Source: an uncultured Chloroflexia bacterium
Lineage (GTDB): Bacteria; Chloroflexota; Limnocylindria; Limnocylindrales; CSP1-4
Direction of reading: 5' to 3'
Assembly: GCA_963749705.1 (NCBI GenBank)
Contig: CAVVNQ010000002.1
Span: forward strand, 160,001-224,000
DNA length: 64,000 nt
Shown: piece after piece, positions 19,648 to 28,793 of the stretch
How the letters are laid out: each line of letters opens with the position of its first letter
How positions within the stretch are numbered: the stretch's first letter is position 1
Notes under the pieces: model-generated
The model's input: only the letters and a program-made list of their open reading frames with translations
Told to the model about the DNA's origin: nothing
Databases searched by the model: none
Made by a program: the position numbers and the translations under genes

Positions 19648-20289
19648 GTGCTCCAATCGCTCCAACCCGAGAACCTGATCCCGACGCTCATCGTCCTCGC
19701 GATCTTCCTGCTGGTCGCGTTCCCGGTCCACGAGTTCGCGCACGCCGCCGTGGCGTACCTGCTGGGCGACTCGACGGCGAAGCTGTTCGGCCGGCTGACG
19801 CTCAACCCGGTCGTCCACTTCGACCCGCTGGGCGGGATGATGACGATCCTGTCGGTGTTCGTCGGTGGCTTCGTGTTCGGGTGGGCGAAGCCGACCCCGG
19901 TCAACACCGCCAACCTGCGCGACCGGCGCAACGGCGAGGTCTATGTCGCGCTGGCCGGTCCGGCGTCGAACCTCGTGATGGCGGTGCTCGGCGCGTTCGT
20001 GTTCCGGGTGCTCGACGCCGTGGGCGCCGGGGTACCGAGCATGGTGTTCTACACCGTGTACCTGTTCGTGCTGTTCAACGTGGCGCTGGCGATCTTCAAC
20101 CTGCTGCCGATCCCGCCGCTCGACGGGTCCACCCTGCTGTTCCGGTTCCTGTCGCCGCGGCAGGCCTGGGAGCTGCGACCGATCCTGGCGCAGTACGGCC
20201 TGTTCATCCTGATCGCGTTCATCCTGCTGCTGAGCAGGCCCCTGTTCACCCTGATCCAGAGTGTCGCGTACTTCCTGGTTGGGCGGTAA
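19648..20289 (+). CDS. site-2 protease family (M50) membrane metalloprotease
   Basis: HEFAH, GRLTLNP, GWAKP, ALAGPASN, FNLLPIPPLDG. Confidence 0.92.
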   Translation: MLQSLQPENLIPTLIVLAIFLLVAFPVHEFAHAAVAYLLGDSTAKLFGRLTLNPVVHFDPLGGMMTILSVFVGGFVFGWAKPTPVNTANLRDRRNGEVYVALAGPASNLVMAVLGAFVFRVLDAVGAGVPSMVFYTVYLFVLFNVALAIFNLLPIPPLDGSTLLFRFLSPRQAWELRPILAQYGLFILIAFILLLSRPLFTLIQSVAYFLVGR

Positions 20290-20758
20290 GGCCCGCCAGC
20301 TCCGTGCCCACCTGTTCGCTCGCGTCACGCCCGGGGAGCGACAGGCCGTCGCGGCGTGGACCCACCCGGGGGAGCTCGCCCTGTTCGATGCCATGCACGT
20401 CGCGGACCGGCGCCACGGCCTGGCGGTCGTGGCCGCCCTCCGGCGCGCCGGCGTGACCGACCGCGACGTGCTCGCCGCGGGCCTGCTCCACGATTGTGCA
20501 AAGGGCGACACGGGCGCCGGGCCCCGGATCGCGTGGTCGCTAGGCGAGGTGCTGGGGCCCTGGGTCGTCGCGCTCGCCGCGCGCGTCCCGGGCTGGCGCG
20601 CGGCGCTGGACCGGCTGCGCGACCATGCCGAGGCGTCGGCCGATGCGGTCGCGGCTGCCGGCCTGCCGCAACGCGCCGTCGACCTCGTCCGATACCAGGC
20701 GGAGCCGCGTGATCCCGAGTACGGCCGCCTGTTCCGGGCCGCGGACGAGGCAAGCTGA
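20261..20758 (+). CDS. HD-domain protein
   Basis: DRRHGL, AGLLHDCAKG, DHAEASA, terminal AD; lies between the M50 gene and scpA. Confidence 0.7.
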   Translation: MSRTSWLGGKARQLRAHLFARVTPGERQAVAAWTHPGELALFDAMHVADRRHGLAVVAALRRAGVTDRDVLAAGLLHDCAKGDTGAGPRIAWSLGEVLGPWVVALAARVPGWRAALDRLRDHAEASADAVAAAGLPQRAVDLVRYQAEPRDPEYGRLFRAADEAS

Positions 20759-21633
20759 TGACGCTGGCCGCCGCTCCCGCCGCACCCGCGGTCGCGTTCG
20801 GGGAAGGGCGGCGGCCCGAGTCCGCCACCCGGGTGACCCTGCCCGAGTTCGACGGACCGCTGGCGCTGCTGCTGGCGCTGATCGAGGCGCGCCAGCTCGA
20901 CGTGCTCACCGTTCCCCTGGGCGCCCTCGCCGATGCGTATCTGGACGCGCTTGCGTCGCTCGACGGCGATCGCATGGGCAATGTGTCCGCGTTCATCGCC
21001 GTCGCCAGCCAGCTGATCCTGATCAAGTCGCGGGCGATGCTCCCGCGACGCGTGGTCGAGGGGGCGGAGGCGCTCGCCGACGAAGGCGCGGACCCCGAGG
21101 CCGAGCTGCGGGCGCGGCTGATCCTGTACCGGGCGTTCCGCGACGCCGGTGCCGCGCTTCTCGACGAGGCGCACCGGCGGGTCGGGCTGTTCCACCGCGA
21201 GCCCGGAGCCGCGCATGCGGCCGGGGTCGCCGGGGCGCGCCCGCCGGCCGCGGACCCGCTGTCGCCGGACCTCCTCGTGGCCGCGCTGGACGGCCTGGCG
21301 CGGATCGCGCCGCCGCCGCCCCGGCCGCCCGAGACGTTCCCACGGGCGATCACGCTGACCGAACGCGCCGCGCTGATCCGGCGCGCCCTTCGGGGAGCGC
21401 CCGCGATCGTGCTCCAGGAGCTGCTCCGGGGTGTTCGCGACCGCGTCGTCGTCGCGGTGACCTTCCTCGCGATGCTGGAGCTGATGAAGCGGCGCGAGAT
21501 CGTGGTCGAGCAGGCCGAGCCCTGGGGGCCGATCGTCGCCCGCCGGACCACGCCGGAGGAGCGCGCCGCCGCCGGGCTCGGCGACCTGCCCGACGACGAG
21601 CCGCTCGACGAAACGCTGGAGACGTTCGCGTGA
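20758..21633 (+). CDS. scpA: segregation/condensation protein A
   Basis: FDGPLALLLALI, ASQLILIKSRAMLP, VTFLAMLELMK, EQAEPWGPI. Confidence 0.92.
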   Translation: MTLAAAPAAPAVAFGEGRRPESATRVTLPEFDGPLALLLALIEARQLDVLTVPLGALADAYLDALASLDGDRMGNVSAFIAVASQLILIKSRAMLPRRVVEGAEALADEGADPEAELRARLILYRAFRDAGAALLDEAHRRVGLFHREPGAAHAAGVAGARPPAADPLSPDLLVAALDGLARIAPPPPRPPETFPRAITLTERAALIRRALRGAPAIVLQELLRGVRDRVVVAVTFLAMLELMKRREIVVEQAEPWGPIVARRTTPEERAAAGLGDLPDDEPLDETLETFA

Positions 21634-22373
21634 CCGAGCTCGAGGCCGTCGGGCCCGGCCGGCCCGTCGAGGATTCGCCGCCCGGGCCGGCACCGGACGC
21701 TGATGAAGCACGGCACGCCGGTGACGCGCCGGGCGCCGGTGAGCCCGGTGACGCGCCGCCGGGCGAGCTCACGGAGGGCCAGCTCGAGGCGCTCCTGTTC
21801 GTCGCCGAGAAGCCCCTGTCGCGCCGCGAGATCGGGGTGCTCGCCGGGGTCCCGCGCGAGACCGTCGACGAGCGACTTGGGGACCTCGAGGTGTCGCTGG
21901 CCGGCCGGGGGATCCGCCTCGTCCTCGCCGGGGAGCGCGTCGAGCTGGGCACGGCCGCGGAAGCCGGCGCCATCGTCGCCCGCTACGTCGGTGCCGATGC
22001 CGTCAAGCTGTCGCCCGCCTCGCTCGAGACGCTGGCGATCATCGCCTACCGGCAACCGGTGACCAAGGCAGCGATCGAGCGGATCCGCGGCGTCGACTCC
22101 GACTACACGGTCCGGAGCCTGGTCCATCGGCGGCTGGTGGTCGAGCTGGGCCGGGCCGAGACACCCGGACGCCCGATCCTGTACGGCACCGGCTTCGAGT
22201 TCCTGGAACGGTTCGGGCTGACCTCGATCGAGGAGCTGCCGCCGCTCGATCTCGACATCGCCGCGCGCCTGGTCGAGGGCGCGGACGCGACGCCGGCGAC
22301 GCTCGACGGCGACGGCTCTCCGGTGACCTCGCTCGCAACCGACGCACCGCCCGCTCCCGACGACGGCGCCTGA
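21630..22373 (+). CDS. scpB: SMC-Scp complex subunit ScpB
   Basis: LEALLFV, LSPASLETLAIIAYRQPVTKAAIERIRGV, GRPILYGT..FLERFGL. Confidence 0.94.
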   Translation: MTELEAVGPGRPVEDSPPGPAPDADEARHAGDAPGAGEPGDAPPGELTEGQLEALLFVAEKPLSRREIGVLAGVPRETVDERLGDLEVSLAGRGIRLVLAGERVELGTAAEAGAIVARYVGADAVKLSPASLETLAIIAYRQPVTKAAIERIRGVDSDYTVRSLVHRRLVVELGRAETPGRPILYGTGFEFLERFGLTSIEELPPLDLDIAARLVEGADATPATLDGDGSPVTSLATDAPPAPDDGA

Positions 22374-22375
22374 TC

Positions 22376-23158
22376 GTGCCGGCGGAACGGATCTCCAAGG
22401 TCCTCGCCGCCGCGGGCGTCGCGTCGCGCCGCGGCGCAGACGAGCTGATCAACGCGGGACGCGTGACGGTCGATGGCCGGGCCGCCGTCCTCGGCGAGCG
22501 GGTCGATCCCGAGACGCAGGAGATCGAGGTCGACGGCGCGCCGGTCTCGCGGTCGGTCTCGCGCCCGGTCTACCTCGCGCTCCACAAGCCGATGGGCGTG
22601 ACGTCGACGACCCGCGACCGGCACGCGGAGACGACGGTCGTGCAGCTCGTCCCACCCGAGCTCGCACGCGGTGCACGGCTGTACCCGGTGGGCCGGCTCG
22701 ACCAGGATTCGGAAGGGCTGATCCTGCTCACCAACGACGGTGACTGGGCGGAGCGGGTGCTGCACCCGCGGTTCGGCGTCGAGCGCGAGTACGCCGTGGG
22801 GCTGGTTCGGCCGCTGTCGCGCGAGCAGGCCGAGGCGCTCGAGACCGGCGTCGAGCTGGCCGAAGGCGTCGCGACCCTGACCGGGCTGCGAGGCCAGACG
22901 CGGACGGAGGATCGCCGCCTGGGGGAGACCCTCGAGCCGGCGCCCGACGTCCGCCTGACGTGGGTGCGGGTCACGATCCACCAGGGCTGGAAGCGCCAGC
23001 TGCGGCGGATGTTCGCCGAGGTCGGGGCGCCGGTCCGTCGCCTCGTCCGGGTGCGGATCGGGACGCTGCGCCTGGAGGACATGGCCGCCGGCGACGTGCG
23101 CCCGCTCAGCGCGACGGAGGTGCGGCGGCTGGGCACGACCCGCGTGGAGCCCCGCTGA
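22376..23158 (+). CDS. rluB: 23S rRNA pseudouridine synthase (RluB/RsuA family)
   Basis: S4 domain ASRR, HKPMG, YPVGRLDQDSEGLILLTNDG, LVRVRIG. Confidence 0.88.
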   Translation: MPAERISKVLAAAGVASRRGADELINAGRVTVDGRAAVLGERVDPETQEIEVDGAPVSRSVSRPVYLALHKPMGVTSTTRDRHAETTVVQLVPPELARGARLYPVGRLDQDSEGLILLTNDGDWAERVLHPRFGVEREYAVGLVRPLSREQAEALETGVELAEGVATLTGLRGQTRTEDRRLGETLEPAPDVRLTWVRVTIHQGWKRQLRRMFAEVGAPVRRLVRVRIGTLRLEDMAAGDVRPLSATEVRRLGTTRVEPR

Positions 23159-23174
23159 CGATGGATCGCATGTC

Positions 23175-23675
23175 GTGAGCCTGCGTCGCGTCCCGCCCGG
23201 TCCTGACCGCGACCCGTACCTGCCGCTGCTGTTCCTCGCCGACGACGCGCACGACCACGTCCGTGCGCACCGCGACGACGGGCATCTGTTCGTGCTCGAT
23301 CGCGACGACGGTGCGATGGGCGTGGTCCAGGCCGTTCCGATCGAGGCCGCGGGCGGGGACCGCCCCGACGCCACCCCGCAGGTGGAGCTGACCCTGGTCG
23401 CCGTCGATGAGCGTCACCAGCGCCGGGGTGTCGGACGGGCGCTCATCGCCTCGGTACTGGGCGCGCTTCGCGACGATGGCGTGCAGCGCGTGATCGTGGG
23501 CACCGTGACGGCCGCCGGAGGCACGATCACGTTCTACCAGAAGGTGGGTTTTCGCCCGTTCGCGATCGAGCGCGACTACTTCGATCGCGCCCGTGGCTAC
23601 CGAGGCGACGAGACGCTCGACGGGATCCCGATCCGCGACATGATCTGGTTCGACATCGAGCTCCGGCCGGCCTGA
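23175..23675 (+). CDS. GNAT family N-acetyltransferase
   Basis: AVDERHQRRGVGRALI acetyl-CoA motif, FYQKVGF, IERDYF. Confidence 0.85.
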   Translation: MSLRRVPPGPDRDPYLPLLFLADDAHDHVRAHRDDGHLFVLDRDDGAMGVVQAVPIEAAGGDRPDATPQVELTLVAVDERHQRRGVGRALIASVLGALRDDGVQRVIVGTVTAAGGTITFYQKVGFRPFAIERDYFDRARGYRGDETLDGIPIRDMIWFDIELRPA

Positions 23676-23788
23676 GGGCGCGGCAGCATGCCGCGTGGCA
23701 GCCGGGCCGACCGCGCTCGGACAGCGCCATCGAGCACGTTTGGCCGGCGGGACCCCGACCTGGCACGCACGCTGCCAGGACGCCTGGC

Positions 23789-24406
23789 TCAGGGTGCGGT
23801 CCCGGGGCAGGTGCGCTCTGCGGCTGTGGTCCCGAGGCAGAGATGCACCGCGCTGTGGTGGATCACCCGGAAGGAGAAGGGGCCGACCCGGTAATCCACG
23901 GCGAGCATCTCCCACCCGGCCGGACCCTGATGCGGCCCCTGGAACGTCAGCGCGATCTGCCACCCGTCGCCGCCCGGCTGAATAGTCCCCGGCAAAGGGG
24001 CGAGGTCGGCGTCGATGAGCGCCTGCTGGTCGGCGGTCAGCGGCCCGAGCCCCGAGAGGTCCGAGGCCCGCGGGCCGCCGGGCCGAAGGAGGAGCGGCGG
24101 GGCGATGACGAGGTTGCCGCTTGCGTCCACGGGCGTGATGCGCTCGACCTCCACGGGCCACGGCCAGTCGTTGGGCGAGAGGTCAGAAGCGTAGACGAGA
24201 TCCGTTCCCGGGACGGCCCAGTCGGCCTCCGGCGTGTTCCCCCCGGAGTTGTTGCCCCAGTCCGACGGCCACATGTCGAGCCAGAGCACGCCGCCGTCCT
24301 TCCACTCGCGGAGCGGGCCGCCGGGGAACCGCGCCAGGCCCGCGACGTTGAGCACCAGCGCGGCCGTGATCGTCGTGAGAGCGCCGACCAGCAGAAACCG
24401 CTTCAC
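23789..24406 (-). CDS. hypothetical secreted or membrane-anchored protein
   Basis: GTG start after a GAGGGGG SD; signal-like KRFLLVGALTTITAALV; C-terminal Cys pair. Confidence 0.6.
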   Translation of the reverse strand: MKRFLLVGALTTITAALVLNVAGLARFPGGPLREWKDGGVLWLDMWPSDWGNNSGGNTPEADWAVPGTDLVYASDLSPNDWPWPVEVERITPVDASGNLVIAPPLLLRPGGPRASDLSGLGPLTADQQALIDADLAPLPGTIQPGGDGWQIALTFQGPHQGPAGWEMLAVDYRVGPFSFRVIHHSAVHLCLGTTAAERTCPGTAP

Positions 24407-24609
24407 GTCCCCCTCTCGCATGGCATGTCCTCGCGCGGCAAGGCTCATGGCGCGCAGCGGCCACGTCAAGGGGATGTGGGCCTGTTCGATGGCAGGCTGG
24501 TTCGCGGACGAGCCACACGGTCCGCCCGACTCTTGACTGTGGCCGTGCCCAACGACACGCTGGGTTGCCAGTCGTGGCGCGGCATACGGACACGCGGCAG
24601 GGGATGCGC

Positions 24610-24810
24610 ATGCGGAAGCTGAACATCAGGCAGGGCGTGATCGGCGGCTCCGCCGTGCTCCTCGTCAGCGCTGCGGCCGCTGCCGGCCGCTCGCCCGACC
24701 CGTTGGCGACGTTCGCCTTCTACCTCGCGTTCGGCCTGCCGTGCGTCGCGCTGGCGGTCGCCCTCGTGCTCGCGATCAATCGCCCACCCAAGCCGCCGAT
24801 CCGCTGGTAG
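24610..24810 (+). CDS. small two-TM hypothetical protein
   Basis: Two hydrophobic stretches and GC3-rich codons. Confidence 0.5.
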   Translation: MRKLNIRQGVIGGSAVLLVSAAAAAGRSPDPLATFAFYLAFGLPCVALAVALVLAINRPPKPPIRW

Positions 24811-24981
24811 GCCGATCCAGCCCATCCGCCGGTCGCTCGATATCGATGCCGGGAGGGGAGCCGTCGCCGTCCTCGCCCGGGGCCGACCTCGCGAAATAGC
24901 GTCATCATGTTCGCGACGCCCGTGCCCGCGACGCGGAGCACCCGGACGACCGCCAGATCGGCGTTGGATGGGAGTGAACAC

Positions 24982-25275
24982 ATGACCGAACCGGCAAGCG
25001 TGCCCCTGCGTGGATGGCGATACGGCATGCACCCGCGTGCTGCCGGGATGCAGGTCCTCGCCCTCGGGCGTGTCCAGCTCCCGCTCGGGGAGGCCCTCCG
25101 CCTCGAGCTGGCGAGCGGCGGCACGGGGCCGGCGGAGGATGTCGCCCACGTCCAGTACTACATCGCGACCGAGGTCGGTCCCTGGGCGTTGTGGCTGTCG
25201 TGCCCGCGGTCCGAGCTGGCACAGCGGGAGTCGGCCCTGAAGGATCTCGTGCATCCGTTGATCGACGAGCCGTAG
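24982..25275 (+). CDS. hypothetical protein
   Basis: SD GGGAG upstream of ATG; typical codon usage (HVQYYIATEVGPWALWLSC). Confidence 0.55.
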   Translation: MTEPASVPLRGWRYGMHPRAAGMQVLALGRVQLPLGEALRLELASGGTGPAEDVAHVQYYIATEVGPWALWLSCPRSELAQRESALKDLVHPLIDEP

Positions 25276-25342
25276 CGGGTCGCGCGCCCGCCGCTCCGTG
25301 CGGCGCATCCGAGGCCCGGCTCGGGGTAACGTGGCCGCCGAC

Positions 25343-26314
25343 ATGACGACGTCCGCCGTGGCCGACGGCCACGCACTCGAGCTCGAGCCGCCCCGCTTCG
25401 ATTCCCTGGAGTGGCGAGCCTCCATCGCGCTCAAGGTCCTGGCGTTCATCAACGTGGCCGGGATCGTGCTGGCGATGTTCCCCCCGCCATTGCCGGGGTC
25501 GCTGCTCCAGGGTCTCGCCTTCAACCTCGCCGCGGCCGTGCTGGCGTCCCTGGAGATCGTCGCCGCGCGGGCGCTGGACCGGCGCCGGTCGTGGGCCGTC
25601 GGCGCCGTGCGACCGATGCTCGTGGTGCTCATCGCCGAGGGCATCGGCGCGATGCTGATCGGGATCGACGCGGGCCGGATCCGGATCCCGTTCGAAGCGC
25701 TGATCGCGATATGGGCCCTGCTCGCCGGGCCTGACGGGACGCTGTCCCGGCACGCCGACCGTCGGAGCGTGTCGCTCGCCGCGACCTCGGTGGTGGTGGT
25801 CGCGTCGATGCTCGTCGGGGAGCCGGTGTTCGGCTGGGGCGGCCTGCTCGATGTGCGGCAGTCCGATCTGCGCGACTCGATCTCGGCCACCTGCAGCGCG
25901 CCCGGTGCCGATCTGCCGCCGACGCTGACCGTGAGCTATGACTGGTCATGGACGAGGACGAGCCCGTTGCCCAACGGGCTGGACATCGTGGTCATCGGCT
26001 GGTCCGGACGTGACGCCGAGGGACGGACGCTGTACCTGTTCGACAACGACCCGGCCTCGGGCACCGGGATCCATTCGGGGCGGCGGGCGTATCCGAGCCT
26101 GGACATGGCGACGGCGGTGGGCAAGGAGACGCAGGCGTCGTGGAGCTGGGGCGTCGAGCTCGCCGAGCAGGGGCTGCGACCGGGGCACGTCGAGCTGCAG
26201 ATGCGGCGCGCGAGGGACAGCCCGCCGGACCCCTCGCCGCTGGTGATCCGGGCGACGTACATCCATCTGGGCATCTGGCACAGCGATCCGGTCAGCGTCA
26301 CCTGCTCCTGGTGA
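25343..26314 (+). CDS. hypothetical membrane protein (about 5 TMs plus a beta-rich C-terminal domain)
   Basis: N-terminal hydrophobic helices; Trp/Thr-rich C-terminal domain bracketed by two Cys. Confidence 0.65.
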   Translation: MTTSAVADGHALELEPPRFDSLEWRASIALKVLAFINVAGIVLAMFPPPLPGSLLQGLAFNLAAAVLASLEIVAARALDRRRSWAVGAVRPMLVVLIAEGIGAMLIGIDAGRIRIPFEALIAIWALLAGPDGTLSRHADRRSVSLAATSVVVVASMLVGEPVFGWGGLLDVRQSDLRDSISATCSAPGADLPPTLTVSYDWSWTRTSPLPNGLDIVVIGWSGRDAEGRTLYLFDNDPASGTGIHSGRRAYPSLDMATAVGKETQASWSWGVELAEQGLRPGHVELQMRRARDSPPDPSPLVIRATYIHLGIWHSDPVSVTCSW

Positions 26315-26416
26315 TCGGGACCCCCGGGCGCGCCTCGCAAACGAGCGCCCTGAACGGCCGGACCGCGCCGTCGCGTCGCATTGACCACGGTCGGTGGCCC
26401 TGCAAGACTCGATCCG

Positions 26417-27607
26417 ATGGACCGTCGCCGGATCAGCCCCGAGCTCCTTGTCGGCGTCGTGATCGTGGCCTTCATCGTGATCACGGTGATCCGGCCGTGG
26501 GGTGCGGACGCAGGACCGTCACCGAGCATCTCGCCCGCGCCCACGATCGCCGCGCGTGCAACCGCGCCACCGACCCCGCGGACGGTGCCGTCCGCGGTTC
26601 CGGTTGCCGTCATCGGTGTGATCCCGATGACCGGCCAGCTCGCCGCTCCCGTCGTCGACGGCGACACCATCTGGTACGCGTCCGATCGATCGAGCCTGAT
26701 CCGGCTCGATACGGCATCCCACGCGGTCGAACGCATCGCACTTGATCCCGCCCGCTTTCCCGGGCCGCTCCAGGTGACCGCACAGGGCGGCGAGATCTGG
26801 ATCGCCGGAGCCGGTGATCGAGCCATCAGCCGGATCGACCCGGCGACGGGAAGCGTCACCAACCAGATCCCGGTCACCATCGATGGCCCGTACGCGCTGG
26901 GCGGTTTGTTCGGTCTGGTCCGGGCCGCCTCGAACGTGTGGGCGATCGGCGAGCTCCGCTGGCTCGGGTCGAGCGACGGGGCGGCGCCCGGAAGCTCGCC
27001 GTGCTGTGACAACCTGGACACCTCGGAGCTGTTCCGGGTGGACCTGGCGACGCTGCGCAGCGACGCCGTCCGCCAGGTCGACGGCGCCCTGGCGATCGCC
27101 GAGGGGTTCGGCGCCGTGTGGGTCGTCCAAAGCCCGAGGGGGAGCTCGGGCCGCGCCATCCTCGTGCGGCGCGACCCGGACACCGGGATTGCCACCGGAA
27201 CAACGGTTCTGCCCGACCCTGCGGGCTTCAACCCGTGTTTTCGATGCCTGATCAGGATCCGGATCGGCTCCGGAAGCATCTGGGTCGCGTACCGCGATCC
27301 GGGCGTGGTGCTCCGGATCGACCGGACGTTCCACCTGATCTCGGCCCACATCAACGTCGTCGGGCAGATCACCGACCTCGCCTCGGGACCGGACGGTGCG
27401 CTGTGGATGGTCGGGTTGCATGAACCCGGTCCGGACTGCGAGGCGTCGGGCGGCTTCCTCGCGCGGATCGATCCGAGCGAGAACGTGATCTCGAACGAGC
27501 TTGCGGTGAGCTGCCCGGTCTCCGTCGCGGTCAGCCGGGGCGACGTGTGGGTCGGCACTGACCCTCCGGACGGGCCACGGGTCGTCGAGGTGCGGGTCGG
27601 GTCGTAG
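26417..27607 (+). CDS. membrane-anchored beta-propeller protein (Vgb/YVTN-like repeats)
   Basis: TM, Pro/Thr linker, repeated 'IW..' and 'RIDP' blades; several Cys. Confidence 0.7.
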   Translation: MDRRRISPELLVGVVIVAFIVITVIRPWGADAGPSPSISPAPTIAARATAPPTPRTVPSAVPVAVIGVIPMTGQLAAPVVDGDTIWYASDRSSLIRLDTASHAVERIALDPARFPGPLQVTAQGGEIWIAGAGDRAISRIDPATGSVTNQIPVTIDGPYALGGLFGLVRAASNVWAIGELRWLGSSDGAAPGSSPCCDNLDTSELFRVDLATLRSDAVRQVDGALAIAEGFGAVWVVQSPRGSSGRAILVRRDPDTGIATGTTVLPDPAGFNPCFRCLIRIRIGSGSIWVAYRDPGVVLRIDRTFHLISAHINVVGQITDLASGPDGALWMVGLHEPGPDCEASGGFLARIDPSENVISNELAVSCPVSVAVSRGDVWVGTDPPDGPRVVEVRVGS

Positions 27608-27707
27608 GAGCCGGGGCGCGGGCCGGGGAGCGCGGCCGGGCGCGGACGCGGTGCGGCACACCACGGTCGCGGGCCGGGGCTGACCGCAGGCGTGCTACGT
27701 TGCGCGG

Positions 27708-28217
27708 ATGCGCAGACCCCTGTTATCCGACGCCGCTGCCCACCACGTGTGGGCGACGCTGCGATTGATCGATGCCTGCCGGGCGCTGTCGCCGGCGCAG
27801 CTCGCGACTGTCGTGCCGGGCACGTACGGATCGATCCTCGACACCCTGCGCCACCTGGTCGGCGCCGACCGGTCCTACCTGTTCGTGCTGACCGATGGGC
27901 GCGTCCCGCGGATCGACGAGGATTCGATGGACCTGGAGCGGCTGCGCGCGGCGATGGAGGCGGCTGGCCCGGCCTGGTCATCGGTGCTGGACGCGGATCC
28001 GGATCCCGATCAGGTCCTCGTCCGCCGTCGCGACGACGGATCCGAGACCCGCGCGCCCGTCGGCATCCGGCTCGCGCAGGCGTTGCACCACGGCACGGAT
28101 CACCGGAGCCAGGTGTGCACCGCGCTGACGGCGCTCGGGGTGGACCCGCCCGACATCGATGCCTGGGACTTCGCGCTCACGGACGGCCGCCTGGTCGAGA
28201 CGGGTCCGGCAACCTGA
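27708..28217 (+). CDS. DinB family protein
   Basis: HHVWAT, GTYGSILDTLRHLVGAD, QALHHGTDHRSQ metal-binding His residues. Confidence 0.85.
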   Translation: MRRPLLSDAAAHHVWATLRLIDACRALSPAQLATVVPGTYGSILDTLRHLVGADRSYLFVLTDGRVPRIDEDSMDLERLRAAMEAAGPAWSSVLDADPDPDQVLVRRRDDGSETRAPVGIRLAQALHHGTDHRSQVCTALTALGVDPPDIDAWDFALTDGRLVETGPAT

Positions 28218-28332
28218 CGAGCCGAGCCGCGCCGCTTGCGGCACGCGACTATTCTCCGGGCATGCGCGAGATGTCGTCGCATCAGCGGCTCGACGATTGG
28301 ACCGACGTGGATCCAGGTGGAGGGCGCGCCTG

Positions 28333-28695
28333 ATGGCACCGACGACGATCGACGAGTACCTCGCGACGCTGCCGGACGGCCCTCGCGCCGTCCTGGAGGA
28401 GCTTCGGGCCACGATCCGCGCCGCCGCGCCCGATGCGACCGAGACCATCAGCTACCAGATGCCGACCTTCACGCAGCGTGGCCGGCTGCTCGTGTCGTTC
28501 GCGGCGTTCAAGCATCACTACAGCCTGTTTCCGGCCAGCACGATCGTCCGCGAGGCGCTGGGTGCGCCGCTCGCTCCGTACATCGCGGGGAAGGGCACCA
28601 TCCGGTTCCCGGCTGACCGCCCCATCCCGCTGGACCTCGTTGCCCGGGTCGTGGCCGCCAGGCTCGATGAGGTCGAAGGGGCACGCGGCGCCTGA
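28333..28695 (+). CDS. DUF1801/YdhG-like protein
   Basis: TIDEYLA, LRATIRAAAP..ETISYQMP, FKHHYSLFP, GKGTIRF. Confidence 0.85.
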   Translation: MAPTTIDEYLATLPDGPRAVLEELRATIRAAAPDATETISYQMPTFTQRGRLLVSFAAFKHHYSLFPASTIVREALGAPLAPYIAGKGTIRFPADRPIPLDLVARVVAARLDEVEGARGA

Positions 28696-28793
28696 GCGGC
28701 GCGACCCGGCGTCAGGCCGACAGCCTGACCCGTGATCGGCCGCGTACGCGACCTCACCGCTGACCGCGGGGGGATGGCCTGTATGCTCGATCC

